Shown here: piece after piece, positions 37,314 through 50,016 of the stretch
How the letters are laid out: the number at the start of each line of letters is the position of its first letter
How positions within the stretch are numbered: position 1 is the first letter of the stretch
Source: Mustelus asterias
Lineage: Eukaryota
Length of the DNA: 64,000 bases
Direction: 5' to 3'
NCBI RefSeq assembly: GCF_964213995.1
Contig: NW_027590164.1
Coordinates: 248,001-312,000 of the forward strand
The notes under the pieces: generated by a model
The model's input: the letters and a program-made list of their open reading frames with translations, nothing else
The model's database searches: none
Told to the model about the DNA's origin: nothing
Translations under genes and position numbers: made by a program

Positions 37314-39176
37314 AAATTTGTGAATGATTCCAGGCATTTTCAACTTTGTTCTTTCCCTTAAACAACAGGTGATTTCCATTTTCAATGCTTAAAATAGCAA
37401 CTCACGTCAGATGTTTATCAATTCCAATATCCTAAGCAGGCTTGGTGGTTTTCTGAAAAGTAAACTCTCTTATTCTCTGCTTTAATTCTCAAAACTGTTG
37501 ACTTCACTCAGAGCTGGAAAACATCGTCACCTCTTTAAAAAACACAAACAATCCATCTGGCTCTGGCCAAGATCCCAGTGAGTTAATATGTCCAATCACA
37601 GGTTACATTAAAAAACAAAGGCTGTGTGGAGATTTATAAAAATCGACTGTCTGCTGAAAGGGTTAACTTCTCTGTGGAACCGAGAGAGGCGGGGAGTGGG
37701 CAGAGGAAACTTGGCAATTGTGTCAATTTATATAATTTAAAAAACTTCTCTCATGTTATTTTGTTCAATTTTGTTCAAACTTCATCTCTTTTATCTGTCT
37801 TTTTTGAACACCAATTTCAATTTACAATATTTGCTGCTTCATCAAAGTTGAAAGAAATACTTTGTGAAATGTGTTGTTAACAGAATCTCAACAATTTTAA
37901 CTCCGATGTTTTGGAAAGTTGGAACTGGTTTGCTGCCAAACTGCAGCCTTATCTTTGTGTTTTGGGAGCAAATTGGCCTTCACAATTCTAACCTTGAACA
38001 ACTTAATTTCAAACCCAAATACATTCCTTTCACATTTTAGTACAGTCTGAATTTATTTCAAACAGAAACACACGGCAGTTCAAATTAAATTAATTTTTAT
38101 TCCCTTTCCAAACGAATTCTTCGAATCTCTGATGCTTTCAAACAACACCCTGCTTCAATAATTATGACTCAAATGTATAGTATTCCTTCAACTGAGCAAA
38201 CCAACTTGGAGTAAGGGTTGTGGATCATGATGGTGCAGAAGTCATGGCTAACCTCACACACCTGCATTCCCTTATCACACAGGAGAGGCAGAGGAGAGGG
38301 GGGAGTGCTTTCAGTGATTCTTTTTTTTGGAGAAAACAACTACATCTGCTCGCTGGTGACTGATTTGTGTCTCAGGTTGTTTGATGTTAGCTAAACACAG
38401 GGAGTGTTCTGTCTCAGGGAGGTGTCACTTTGTGGCTGAGTTAACTTTCTCAATGTCCCCATGGCATTTTCTAACTCTTCACTTGATCTGATATTTTCTG
38501 ACTGTAAATCAATATCTTGTTCCAGAGTTTGGCCGAACAGCAGTAGATTTTTCTGAGCTCCACTCACCCTATCATCTGCCCCCTGTTCCCAATGTAACTG
38601 ATTGTCCAGGTCAGACGTGCTCTCCTGCCAGCAATCAGCTCCATTCTGCAGCTTATCCACCAGTTCCCTCAACTCTTTATATTTTGTACTCAGCTGTGAG
38701 GCAACAGGTTTCCAATGTAACTGGAAATTAATTTATTCTGGACTTTTTCCAACTCACTATTTCCTTTCTGAATCTCTTTAGAAAACCTATCAAGGACCCG
38801 CTCGTAATCTCCGTCACATTCTTCTCCACCTCCCAGTGGATCAGTTGCTCCTGATGCCCTTGGCTCCGTTGTCAAACTGTCAGTCACATTGTAGCAGATG
38901 CCAAAGCCATTGTTGTATTTGCTTTTTTGAGGCAGCAGTGCGAACCACTGTGCCACTGGATGGAATGCTGGCACAGTGGAGAGAAACATAGAAACTAGAA
39001 GCAGGAGTAGGCCATTCGGCCCTTTGAGCCTGCTCCACCATTCATCTTGGTCATGGCTGATCATCGAATTCAATATCCTCATTCCCCAATTCCTTCCATA
39101 TCCCTTGATCCCTTTAGTCCCAAGAGCTATATTTCATATCTTCTTGAAATCAGATAATGTTTTGGCCTCAACTATA

Positions 39177-39538
39177 GGGTGGCATGGTGGCACAGTGGTC
39201 AGCGCAGCTGCCTCACAGCGCCAGGGACCCGGGCTTAATTCCAGCCTTGGGTGAGTGTCCATGTGGACTTTCCATGTTCTCCCCATGTTTGCGTGGGTTT
39301 CCTCGGGGTGCTCCGGTTTCCTCCAACAGACCAAAGATGTGCGGGTTAGGTGGATTTGCAATGCTAATTTCCCTCTTAGTGTCCCAAGATGTGCAGATTT
39401 GATAGGTTAGCCATGGTAACTGTGTAAGTTACAGGGATAGGATGGGGGAGAGGGCCTGGGTAAGGTGCTCTGTTAGAGACTCGGTGCAGACTTGATGGGC
39501 CGAATGGTCCCTTCTGCACTGGAGGGATTCTATGATTC
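39177..39538 (+). mobile_element. HE1/V-SINE
   Basis: Head, core and tail present. Confidence 0.88.
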
Positions 39539-40132
39539 AATGAACACAGGAATGGTCAGAATTATTTCACATGTCCCAAATTTTAAATAACCATTACAAT
39601 TAAAACTCTCTCATTCTCACATGTGTGAGTTTGAATCCGGATTAAAATTCTCACAAGTTTAGCACAGTATCCTGGAATCATGTCTCTGGCCAGTGAATGT
39701 GGTTCTAGGTTCACAACTTTTGTGAAAAAAAGCTTCATTAATTACACGTCCTTTATTTAAATCTGTTTGATTTAAATCACAGACAGAAAACCTCAAAGCT
39801 TGAAGCATTCAACCCACAAATATCATCCACACAAACAGAGAAACTTAGCATGTGCTTTACAACAATAACTGAAATTAATTCCTTAAGCGTTCTTGTGGTT
39901 CTGTTTCTAAACTTCCAGAAATGCCTTTAATTAAAGACTCAAGAGAAGGTTAATTCTCCAGAAAGATAAACCGTAACAAATGTAGCCCAAAACAATGATA
40001 AAACACATCTGCAAACATCCACATAAAACAAACAAAACACACAGATTCTCACAGCTCGTAAATTTCAAACAATGAATCCTCAGCATTCTCTCTCGCAGCG
40101 ATAGCTTCTTAAAGCGACAGAGCACCACAAAC

Positions 40133-41112
40133 GTTTCACAATATACATTAATGATTTGGAAGATGGAACTGAAGGCACTGTTGCTAAGTTTGCAGATGAT
40201 ACAAAGATATGTAGAGGGACAGGTAGTATTGAGGGAGCAGGGGGGCTGCAGAAGGACTTTGATGGGCTAGGAGAGTGGGCAAAGAAGTGACAGATGGAGT
40301 ACAATGTGGAAAAGTGTGAGATTATGCACTTGGGTAGGAGGAATGGAGGCATAGACTATTTCCTAAATGGGGAAATGCTTTGGAAATCAGAAGCACAAAG
40401 GGACTTGGGAGTCATTGTTCAAGATTCTCTTAAGGCTAATGTGCAGGTTTAGTTGGCAGTTAGGAAGGCAAATGCAATGTTATCATTCATGTCAAGAGGG
40501 CTAGAATACAACAGCAGGGATGTACTCCTGAGACAGTATGAGGCTCTGGTCAGACACATTTGGAGTATTCGGAGCAGTTTTGGGCCGCACATCTAAGGAA
40601 GGATATTCTGGTCTTAGAAAGGGTCCGGAGAAGGTTCACAAGAATGATCCCTGGAATGAAGAGCTGGTCGTATGAGGAACGGTTGAGGGCTCTGGGCCTG
40701 TACTCATTGGAGTTTAGAAGGATGAGGGGGTACCTTATTAAAACTTACAGGATACTGCGAGGCCTGGATAGAGTGGACGTGGAGAGGATGTTTCCACTGG
40801 TAGGAAAAACTAGAACCAGAGGGTACAACCTCAGGCTAAAGGGATGATCCTTTAAAACAGAGATGAGGAGGAATTTCTTCAGCCAGAGAGTGGTGAATCT
40901 GTGGAACTCTTTGCCGCAGAAGGCTGTGAAGGTCAGTTCATTGAGTGTCTGTAAGACAGAGATAGATAGGTTCTTGATTATTAAGGGGATTATTCAGGGG
41001 TTATGGGGAAAAGGCAGGAGAATGGGGATGAGAAAAATATCAGCCATGATTGAATAGCGGAGAAGACTCGATGGGCCGAGTGGCCTATTTCTGCTCCGAT
41101 GTCTTATGGTCT
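40133..41112 (+). mobile_element. CR1 3' fragment inserted in copy C
   Basis: KFADD, RRFTRMIPG, RRNFFSQRVV; flanks rejoin to the sequence at about 28370-28400. Confidence 0.92.
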
Positions 41113-43196
41113 AAACTCACAACTCCTTGATTAAAATAAGATACAAGAGCCTTCATTCCCCTTCATTATAACTTAAACTTTTTTTTAGCCAACTTCCAAG
41201 GCCTGATTTTATCGGAAACATCAAGTCTTTGTTGATTTAAAATCCCAAACATGTTGCCAGCTGCAAAATCTTTGTTCTTTATCTGGGGTTGAGGTGACAA
41301 CACGATAAAATCCTCACAGTTCTTCCAAATTCCTCCAGGCTCCGCTTAAAATTTCCACATTTAACTGGTTCCCATAAATCCTCAATCAAAAACTAAAATA
41401 GACACATGAGTTTCCAGGTGATTTACAAACAAATGAACTGACTGCTGAAAGGGTTAACTTTTCTACAGAACCTAGAGAGGTGGGGAGTGAGCAGAAAAAA
41501 CTTGGCCCACAATTACTTCACTTTACATATGATGGGGGTTTTTCTCGGAGGCTAAGTATTGAGCTGAACCCAGTTAATACAATGATTTGCAAAAGACAGT
41601 ATACTGGTTAAAGGCATTACTTATTGAGAAAGGCAGCTGAGCAGTCCAACTCCTTTCTAAAGTTACAATACATTGGCCGTGTAGTTATACTATTTTGAAA
41701 ATTCATTTCACCCGCCCACTCTGTCATCCTAACTGGATGCTCCAATCGTGTTCGTGTACAATATTTACCTTGGCCAATAACATCCTATCTTCTGGAAGAA
41801 TGGAAATTCATTGGTCTGTAGAATCTGAAAGTTCCTGCCCACTGTTACTTTGCAACTTTCACTTACATGGGTCCATAGGGTTCAAAGGTTGCTTTCTAAC
41901 TGACTCTCAGCAACTTCTATTACATAGGTTATAGGGTTCAAAAGTTCCTTTCCACTGTCTGCTGAGCCATCCCTTATCAGTAAAAAATGAATAATTCTAT
42001 TCATTCTAGTGTCTGGGAAGCGTTTACTTTTATAACTCATACTGATAAAAACTGTGCTCTGTGGCTTCACTCTTCTGACAGAATGTGGCCTGTCTCACTC
42101 AGCTTTTATCCCATTATGCTTCAGGGCAGTCTGCAGTTTGGCCAAGGTATACATTTTAGTACAAAAAGTACATATTTAAATTTGAAATACATGTTTAAAT
42201 TCTCTACCAGTGGTTATATGTGTCTCCATGCAGACAGTACCTTTGTATAATATAAATAAGGCATGTTGTGGTCCTTATTCTACGTTAGTCTAAGTCAGTC
42301 CACCCTGTTTCAATCACCTATTCTGAACCCCTCGAACAAAATAACTTTAAAAAACTTAAAGTTTATTAATAGTCTCAAGTAAGTTTACATTGACACTGCA
42401 ATGAAGTTACTGTGAAAAATCCCCTCTCTAACAACAAAAGAAACTTGATTTTAAACTTCATCTATTAATTTTTTTGTCATGTTCTCAACCTATTTTAATT
42501 TGATCAGTTTTTGTGAGGGATGGGTAATTTCTATTCTTTATAAACTGGTTCACTCATTTTGTTAATCCAACATGGGCTCGGAGAATCAGAACCCAGACTC
42601 TATCATCCATATCCTTATTCTCCTTTTGCCACCACTTTCTCTCTGTTTTGCAGGAGGGTCGTGGGGATTCCAATCAGACTAATCATTCATTATAAAAGTA
42701 AAACAAAAACAGAAAATGCTGGAAAATCCCAGCAGATCTGACAGCATCTGTAGAGAGAGAATAGAGCCAACGTTTCGAGTCTGGATGACCCTTCATGAGA
42801 GCTCCTATGAAGTGTCATCTCGACTCAAAATGTTGGCTCTATTCTCAAATCATTTTATCGATAAGTTTCTTGTTCTTAGTTTCCAAAAGACAGGTAAGAA
42901 ATCTGTCTGGTGCTCACTCGAGCTCTGGATTTTTCACTGGCCATGCTTGGGTTGGATTATAACCATTAGAATCCACTCTTAGAGATCCACTTTTCAGTCC
43001 AGTGCTACTTGGAGTGTACCGTCACTTCACCGACTACGGGTCACAAGACCTTCACAGTTCTTATCACAAATGTATGATAAAATAATTTAAGCAATGCCTG
43101 AGAATGCTTTTTAATCTACTTACCACCGTTTGTTGATTGGTCAGACCCCCTTTTTACAGATTCGGATATCTCAGCCACTGAATATCAGCTGGTTAT

Positions 43197-43503
43197 TCAT
43201 AGATTCATAGAATCCTATTGTGCAGAAGGAGGCCATTTGGCCCATCGAGTCTGCACCGACCACATTCACACACAGGCCCTATCCCCCATGCATTTGTCCT
43301 AGCTAGTCCCCCTGACTCCCGAGGCCAATCCACCTAACCCGCACATCTTTGGACTTTGGGAGGAAACCGGGGCACCCGGAGGAAACGGGGACACGGGGAG
43401 AATGTGCAAACTCCACACAGACAGTGACCCAAGCCAGGAATCGAACCCGGGTCCCTGGCGCTGTGAGGCAGCAGTGCTAACCACTGTGCTACCATGCTGC
43501 CCA
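43197..43503 (-). mobile_element. HE1/V-SINE
   Basis: Head, core and tail present. Confidence 0.88.
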
Positions 43504-44316
43504 AACTTATGGAATAAGTTTAATCCTCACTCATTCTGTGTAAATATTCTCACAAGGTCCTCTTTCGGAGTTTTGCTAAGCAGCTTTAATGGTCCGTGAT
43601 TGCAGAAATTGAGCAGTCACAGGAATGTGGTCAAGATAGTCCAGTCCCATAATGCCTCACATTCAATCTGCAGTCCTTCAATTATAACAGAATATGTGGC
43701 TGTATGTAGCTGCCTCGGCCATGGTCAACCCCAACACTGCCTTCCTGAACTGTTACAATGCCTGAGGTGTAGGTACACCCACAGTGCTGTGAGGGAGGGA
43801 TTTCCGGCTACACATTCCTGACAAGATTCTGATAGGTTTAGATAAGGTGGACAAAGAAAAGCTGTTCCCATTGGCTGATGGGACAAGGACGAGGGGAGCA
43901 CAGATTTAAAGTTTTGAGTCAGAGATACAGGGGGGGATGTGAGGAAGAATAATTTGATGCAGTGAATGGTGATGACCTGGAACTCGCTGCCGACGAGGGT
44001 GGTGGAAGTAGAGATAATAAACAATTACAAAGGAAATTGGATGGGCATCTGGGGGGTTCCAAACAGAAATCCTTACTAATTATCTCTGAACTTCCTAACA
44101 CCCTGTCACTCGGTGATCCTTGTGAAATCTGAAACCATGTATTTGCAACAAGACTCAAAGAGCATCAGCCCACTGGAGGCAAAGTCATGAGACCGGCCAG
44201 TCCAGCAGAAACAAACCCTCCGACCCTCCCCATTGACCAACTGTGAGAATGAACAAAATGCAGTCCTGGATGTAATTGAGAGCAGAAACAATAACAGCAT
44301 AATCCAACCCCTGGAA

Positions 44317-45075
44317 TCACTCATGAACTTGGTGGTGTCTCAGCAGCTGGGATGAAACTATGAATCCCTTCCCACACTGAGAGCAGGTGAATGGCCTCTC
44401 CCCAGTGTGAACTCGCTGGTGCTTCCGCAGGTTGGACAACTGACTGAATCCCTTCCCACACTGAGAGCAGGTGAATGGTCTCTCCCCAGTGTGAACTCGC
44501 TGGTGTGTCTGCAGGGTGGACAACTGACTGAATCCCTTCCCACACTGAGAGCATGTTAAAGGCTTCTCCCCAGTGTGAACTCGCTCATGTGTCCGCAGGT
44601 GGGATAATTGAGTGAATCCCTTCCCACACTGAGAGCAGGTGAATGGTCTCTCCCCAGTGTGAACTCGCTGGTGTCTCCTCATGCGGGAAGATTCACTGAA
44701 TCCCTTCCCACACTGAGAGCAGGTGAACGGCCTCTCCCCAGTGTGAACTCGCTGGTGTGCCCACAGGTTGGATGAATGAGTGAATCCCTTCCCACACTGA
44801 GAGCAGGTGAATGGTCTCTCCCCAGTGTGAACTCGCTGGTGTGCCCGCAGGTTGGATGAATGAGTGAATCCCTTCCCACACTGAGAGCAGGTGAACGGCC
44901 TCTCCCCAGTGTGAACTCGCTGGTGTGTCCGCAGCTCGGATAACTGACTGAATCCCTTCCCACATTGAGAGCAGGTGAATGGCCTCTCTCCAGTGTGACT
45001 GCGCCAATGAACTTCCAGTTCTGATGGGTATCTGTATCTCTTCCCACAGGCCCCACATTTCCATGGTTTCTCCAT
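44317..45075 (-). CDS. C2H2 ZNF gene 4, 9 tandem fingers, intact (252 aa)
   Basis: ATG 45075 (MEKPWKC) to TGA 44317; acceptor at 45411-45409; exon-1 donor GTGAGT at 46578-46573; no KRAB or SCAN-like domain. Confidence 0.9.
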   Translation of the reverse strand: MEKPWKCGACGKRYRYPSELEVHWRSHTGERPFTCSQCGKGFSQLSELRTHQRVHTGERPFTCSQCGKGFTHSSNLRAHQRVHTGERPFTCSQCGKGFTHSSNLWAHQRVHTGERPFTCSQCGKGFSESSRMRRHQRVHTGERPFTCSQCGKGFTQLSHLRTHERVHTGEKPLTCSQCGKGFSQLSTLQTHQRVHTGERPFTCSQCGKGFSQLSNLRKHQRVHTGERPFTCSQCGKGFIVSSQLLRHHQVHE

Positions 45076-46572
45076 GGTGCAGTGTCCTTGCCTCTCTCTT
45101 TGGTGGACAATCAGTTGAAGCCTCGTTAACACACACACAACACGAGTGCAGTCTCTCCCCACTGTTAATAGTGTGATCTGTATTCAGCTCTTTAGTCAAT
45201 GCACTTGAACACTCTCATTTGATTGTGGCAGTGTGTTGGTCCTTTTCCAGTCAAACTGACATTTAAAATCCTTTCAAATCGACAGACCAGACAATCATTT
45301 CTCCTTCTAGATTCAAAAGCTGATGATATTCAGGTCCCAAGGAATATGACTCTGTCAGATCTAGATGTGACGATTGAGATTTCTGCATGTGATTCCTCTT
45401 TCAATATCCTGTAAAACAAGTTTGCAAACGTCATCACTGTCAGTACAGGATAGAAATTCAGAACAGACAGTTCTAGTTTCTATGGAACATTCTTTCCTCT
45501 CTCATTCCCCAAAAGCTGTAAATCTCCATCCCACACAATCTCCCTCCATTCTCACTCTGCTGTATCTAATATTCACCCTCCCAATTCTCCTGAAGGTGCT
45601 GATTGAGGCTGATTGGCAGATCCATGCTCACTGCTTCCTGTCCTGGACACAGAGACCATAACAAATAGGAGCTGCAGTCGGCCACTTGGCCTATCATGCC
45701 TTTTAAACCATTCCGGGAGATCGTTGGCTCATCTACCTCAGCATCATTCTCCCCACACTAAACCCATCTCCCTTGATTTCTTCAATATCTAGAAACCAAT
45801 CTCTCTCTCCTGAAAATTCTTGATGACTGAGGCTCCACAGGCCGCCAGGCTAGAGAATTCCAAAGCTTCACCACATCCTTGAATCAGGAAATCCCTCGTC
45901 ATCTTAGCTTTCTCTCCATTTCCCCATATGTTCCCCATAAGCCTTGACAGTCTTGTCAGTCAAAAATCAGTCTAACTCATCCTGGAATATATTTAATGAT
46001 TCTCAACCTGCAATGATCCCTGTGGAAAGGAAATTCAAGAATAACAATTGCCTGTGAAGATGACTGGAAATATATAACGTAGCTACGTTTCTATATTACA
46101 AGACTATAAATAATAATAAATGTATATTATTTCAGAGTCATAAATAATATATCTAATCTATATCATATAACAACACTCGACATGTCTCTATCCTATATTA
46201 ATTTACTGTCCCCTTAAATGTCAGTAAGAAGTCTCACAACACCAGGTTAAAGTCCAACAGGTTTATTTGGCAGCAAAAGCCACACAAGCTTTCGGAGCGC
46301 TGCTCCTTCGTAATGTCAGCCATCGCCTGGGGAAACAAACCCTTTAATTGTGAACATTAGGAAAGAGACCATCCTTTTAGCCAGACAAATAAATGTCTCA
46401 AGCTGAGGGAGCAAAGGATGTCAATGTCTTTAAGAGAGAGAGAGACCTGGGCCAACCTGTCTAGAGTCTGCAGCCTCCCTGGATTCACTTCCTTTCCCTT
46501 CAGTTGCTGCAAGTCCCCTATTTCCCCCAGAATGAGAAAAGAAATGGAAAGGGGGAGAAAAGAAAGTGTTTT

Positions 46573-46587
46573 ACTCACAGATGGTAG
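46573..46587 (-). other. Unoccupied ZNF exon-1 donor site (CTACCATCT|GTGAGT)
   Basis: Exon sequence cagactgaaacttcctcctgtct runs directly into intron gtgagtaaaacactttc. Confidence 0.85.
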
Positions 46588-46619
46588 AGACAGGAGGAAG
46601 TTTCAGTCTGTCTGAAGCT

Positions 46620-47100
46620 CAATCTGCATTAACATAAAGCCTGCGCTCTGATTGGCTGGAGGACCAGCGTCGTTCCGGTCCTCCAACTCTTCCCATTGGC
46701 CAATACCTTAGAGTGAAGGTCAGGGGGTGGGATCTCCGCCGCGCGGACCCGGGAGCCCCGCCCCCACCCATTGTTCCCCCTCCCCCTGCACCTCCTCGAG
46801 CCAAGGTTTCCAGGCAACCGGCTGATGGCTCCGGCCAGAGCGAGAAGCCACTCGGTGATCGCCCCCTCCCCCTCCCCCCCCGGCCCGGGATTGCGCATGT
46901 CCAAGGGAGAGGGGACGCTGCGCATGTGCGGGGGAACCCATCCCCTGACCGGCATACTGAGGTATTGACCAATGGAAAAGAGTGGAGGACCGGACGTTCT
47001 CTGGTCCTCCAGCCAATCACGTTTCCTCCATTGTGTGAATGCGGAAGTTGGCCGATGAGCTTCAGACCAAAACCCCCTTCTCCGTCCAACATCTGGGAGG
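46620..47100. promoter_or_regulatory. Palindromic bidirectional promoter between ZNF4 (-) and ZNF5 (+)
   Basis: Arms at about 46645-46730 and 46935-47020 are inverted copies, each with two CCAAT boxes and TGGAGGACC-N11-GGTCCTCCA; central TGCGCATG (NRF1-like) sites; GCGGAAG. Confidence 0.8.
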
Positions 47101-49460
47101 AAATCCAAAGGTGTTCTTTCATCATGTGAAGGGCAGGAGGTGACCAGGGAAAGAATAGGGTCCATTCGGGAGCAATGTGGTAATTTGTACATGGAGCTGG
47201 GAGATATTGGTGGGGTTTTAAATTAATACTTTGCATCTGTATTCACTGTGGGGGTGGGTGATGTAGGTATAGAAAGCACAGTAAGAAGTCTCACAACACC
47301 AGGTTAAAGTCCAACAGGTTTATTTGGAATCACGAGCTTTTGGCTGCTTGTTTGAGACTGCACCTTCATCAGGTGAGTCGTATAGAGTATAGATACCAGG
47401 GAGCAGCTTTGTGATTCACTTCAACAACTTCACATCGAGAGGGAGGAGGTATTAATGGTTTGAACTGGGCCTAAAATTATATAAATCCCCAGCTCCAGAT
47501 GAGGTGTGTCACAGACTGCTGTGGGAGGCAAGAGAGGAGATTGCAGCCACTCTGACAATAATTTTCAAATCTTCTTTGGCCACAGGAAAGGTCGTACAAC
47601 ACCAGGTGAAAGTCCAACCGGTTTATTTGGGAACACAAGCCATTCGCTTTCAGAGCACTGCCCCTTCAGCAGACGAGTGGGAGTTCATCAGGGTGAGTTG
47701 TGAGACTTCTTACTATGTTTACCCCAGTCCAATGCCGGCATCTCCACATCACAGGAGAGGTGCCACAGGAGTGGAGGACAGCTGATGTGGTACCATTAGT
47801 CAAGAAGGGACATAGGGAAAAAACCAGCAAATTACAGGCCAGTGAGTCCAACTTCAGCAGTAGGGAAACTATTGGAAAAACTTCTGAGGGACAGATTACT
47901 TTCCACTTGGGGAGGTAAGGATTAATCAAGGATAGTCAACATGATTTTGGCAAAGGGAGATCAAGTATTACAAATTTGGTTGAACTTTCGAGATGAGGAG
48001 GTGTGTAGATGAGGGGAGTGCAGTTGATGTAGTGGACATGAACTTCAGTAAGGCTTTTGACAAGGTTCCGCATGGGAGGCTGATGAAGAAGATAAGAGCC
48101 CACGGGATCCAGTGTAATTTGCCAAACTGGATCCAAAAGTGGCACGAGTCAGAGGGGGATGGTCGAATGCTGTTTTTCTGATGAGCTGTCTGTGTCCAGT
48201 GGTGTTCCGCAGGGATTAGTGCTGGGTCCCTTGTTTTTAGTGTAAGTTAATGATCTGGATGAGAATGTAGGAGGTATGATCAGTAGGTTTGCAGATGGCA
48301 CAAAATTGGTGATGTGGTAAATATCAAAGGGCAAAGCCTTAGATTAGAGGATGATATCGACGGGGTGGCACTGCTGCATCACACAACCAGAGACCTGGGT
48401 TTGATTCCCGGTTTGGGTCACTCTCTCTCTCTTTCTTCCCATGTCTGCTTGGTTTCCTCTGGATTCTCCGGTTTCCTCCCACAATCCGAAAGACGTGCTT
48501 TAGGTTTGGTGCATTGGCTATGCTAAATTCTCCCTCAGTGTTCCCGAACAGGTGCAACTAGGGGAATTTTCACAGTGACTTCATTGCAGTGTTAATGTTA
48601 GCCTACTTGTGACACTAATAAATAAACTTTAAAACTTTGGTGAGAAGGGCACAACAGTGGCAAAAGGAATTCAGACCTGAAAAGTTTGAGGTAATGCATT
48701 TTGGGAAGACTAACAAGGTAATGCACAATAAATGGTCAGATCCGAGGAAGTACAGAGGATCAGAGGGACCTTGGTGTGCATGTCATAGATCTCTGAAGAC
48801 AGCAGGACAGGGACACAATGTGGTTGAGAAGGCACATGGGATACTTGCCTTTATTAACCGAGGCATTGAATATAAGGGCAGGGAGGTTATGATGGAGCTG
48901 TATAAAACACTGGATAGGCCACAGCTGGAGTACTGTGTGCAGTTCTGGTCACCACACTATAGGAAGGATGTAATTGCACTGGAGAAGGTGCAGAGGAGAT
49001 TCCCCAGGGTGTTGGCTGGGCTGGAGTGTTACAGTTATCAAGAGAGACTGGATAAGCTGGCATTGTTTTTCTTGGAGCAGAGAACGATGAAGGGGGCCTT
49101 ATTGAGGTGTATAAAATTCTGAGGGGCACAGATAGGGGGGATAGGAAGGAACTTTTTCCTTCAGCAGAGGGGTCAATAACCAGGGGCATGGATTAAAGCT
49201 CAGGGGCAGGAGGATTATAGGAGATGTGAGGGAAAATGTTTTCACCCAGAGGGCGGTGGGAATCTGGAACTCAGTGCCTGAAAGGGTGGTAGAGGTGGGA
49301 ATCATCATAACATTTAAGAAGAATTTAGATAAGCTCTTGAAATGCCATAGCATACAAGGTTACGCACCAAGTGTGGAAAGGGATGAGAATAGAATGGTGC
49401 TTGATGGCTGGCACAAACACGATGGGCTGAAGGGCCTCTTTCCATGCTGTAAAACTCTAT
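47100..49460 (+). mobile_element. Decayed CR1 LINE with nested Penelope pLTR pieces (47277-47380, 47590-47750) and a SINE (48362-48633)
   Basis: FSKAFDKVPH, EYCVQFWSP and FTQRAV motifs, interrupted by the nested repeats. Confidence 0.88.
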
Positions 49461-49589
49461 GATCACCCACCTTGGCAGCAAGTTCAATATCAGCATCAGT
49501 CACAACCCCCCTGTATCTTCACTCACAAACAATCCATTTAAAACATTTTTAGTTGAGGAACATAGTGATATTTCTGTTAGGCTGGCATT

Positions 49590-50016
49590 CTGCATGGAGG
49601 CCTTCACGACACACGACAACGCAGAGTCGCTGAGCAGAGACTGATAGCCAAGTTCCGCACACATGAGGATGGCCTCAACCGGGATCTTGGGTTCATGTCA
49701 CACTATCTGCAATCCCCACGACTTGCCTGGGCTTGCAAAATCTCACTAACTGTCCTGGCTGGAGACAATACACCTCTCTTTAACCTGTGCTTAACGCTCT
49801 CTCTGCTCACTTTGTCTGTACCTTTAAGACTTGATTACCTGTAAAGACTCGCATTCCAACCATTATTTTGTAAATTGAGTTTGTGTCTTTATATGCCCTG
49901 TTTGTGAACAGAACTCCCAGTCACCTGATGAAGGAGCAGCACTCCGAAAGCTAGTGGCTTTTGCTACCAAATAAACCTGTTGGACTTTAACCTGGTGTTG
50001 TGAGACTTCTTACTGT
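49590..50016 (+). mobile_element. Penelope-like element 3' end with pLTR
   Basis: QRRVAEQRLIAKFRTHEDGLNRD (GIY-YIG C-terminus), then a pLTR ending gagacttcttactgtg. Confidence 0.85.
49919..49959 (+). ncRNA. Minimal type I hammerhead ribozyme
   Basis: AGTCAC-CTGATGA-A-GGAG(cagca)CTCC-GAAA-GC-TA-GTGGCT: core boxes intact, stem I AGTCAC/GTGGCT, palindromic AGCT stem III. Confidence 0.8.

Larger units (their letters stand above)
39545..45655 (-). repeat. ZNF duplication unit copy C (inverted)
   Basis: Reverse complement matches copies A and B; carries an extra block at about 41420-43600 and a CR1 insertion. Confidence 0.85.

Noticed and set aside
46619-47236. GC-rich ORFs of 138-205 aa across the bidirectional promoter
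   Set aside because: No domain features; long ORFs are expected by chance in CpG-island sequence.
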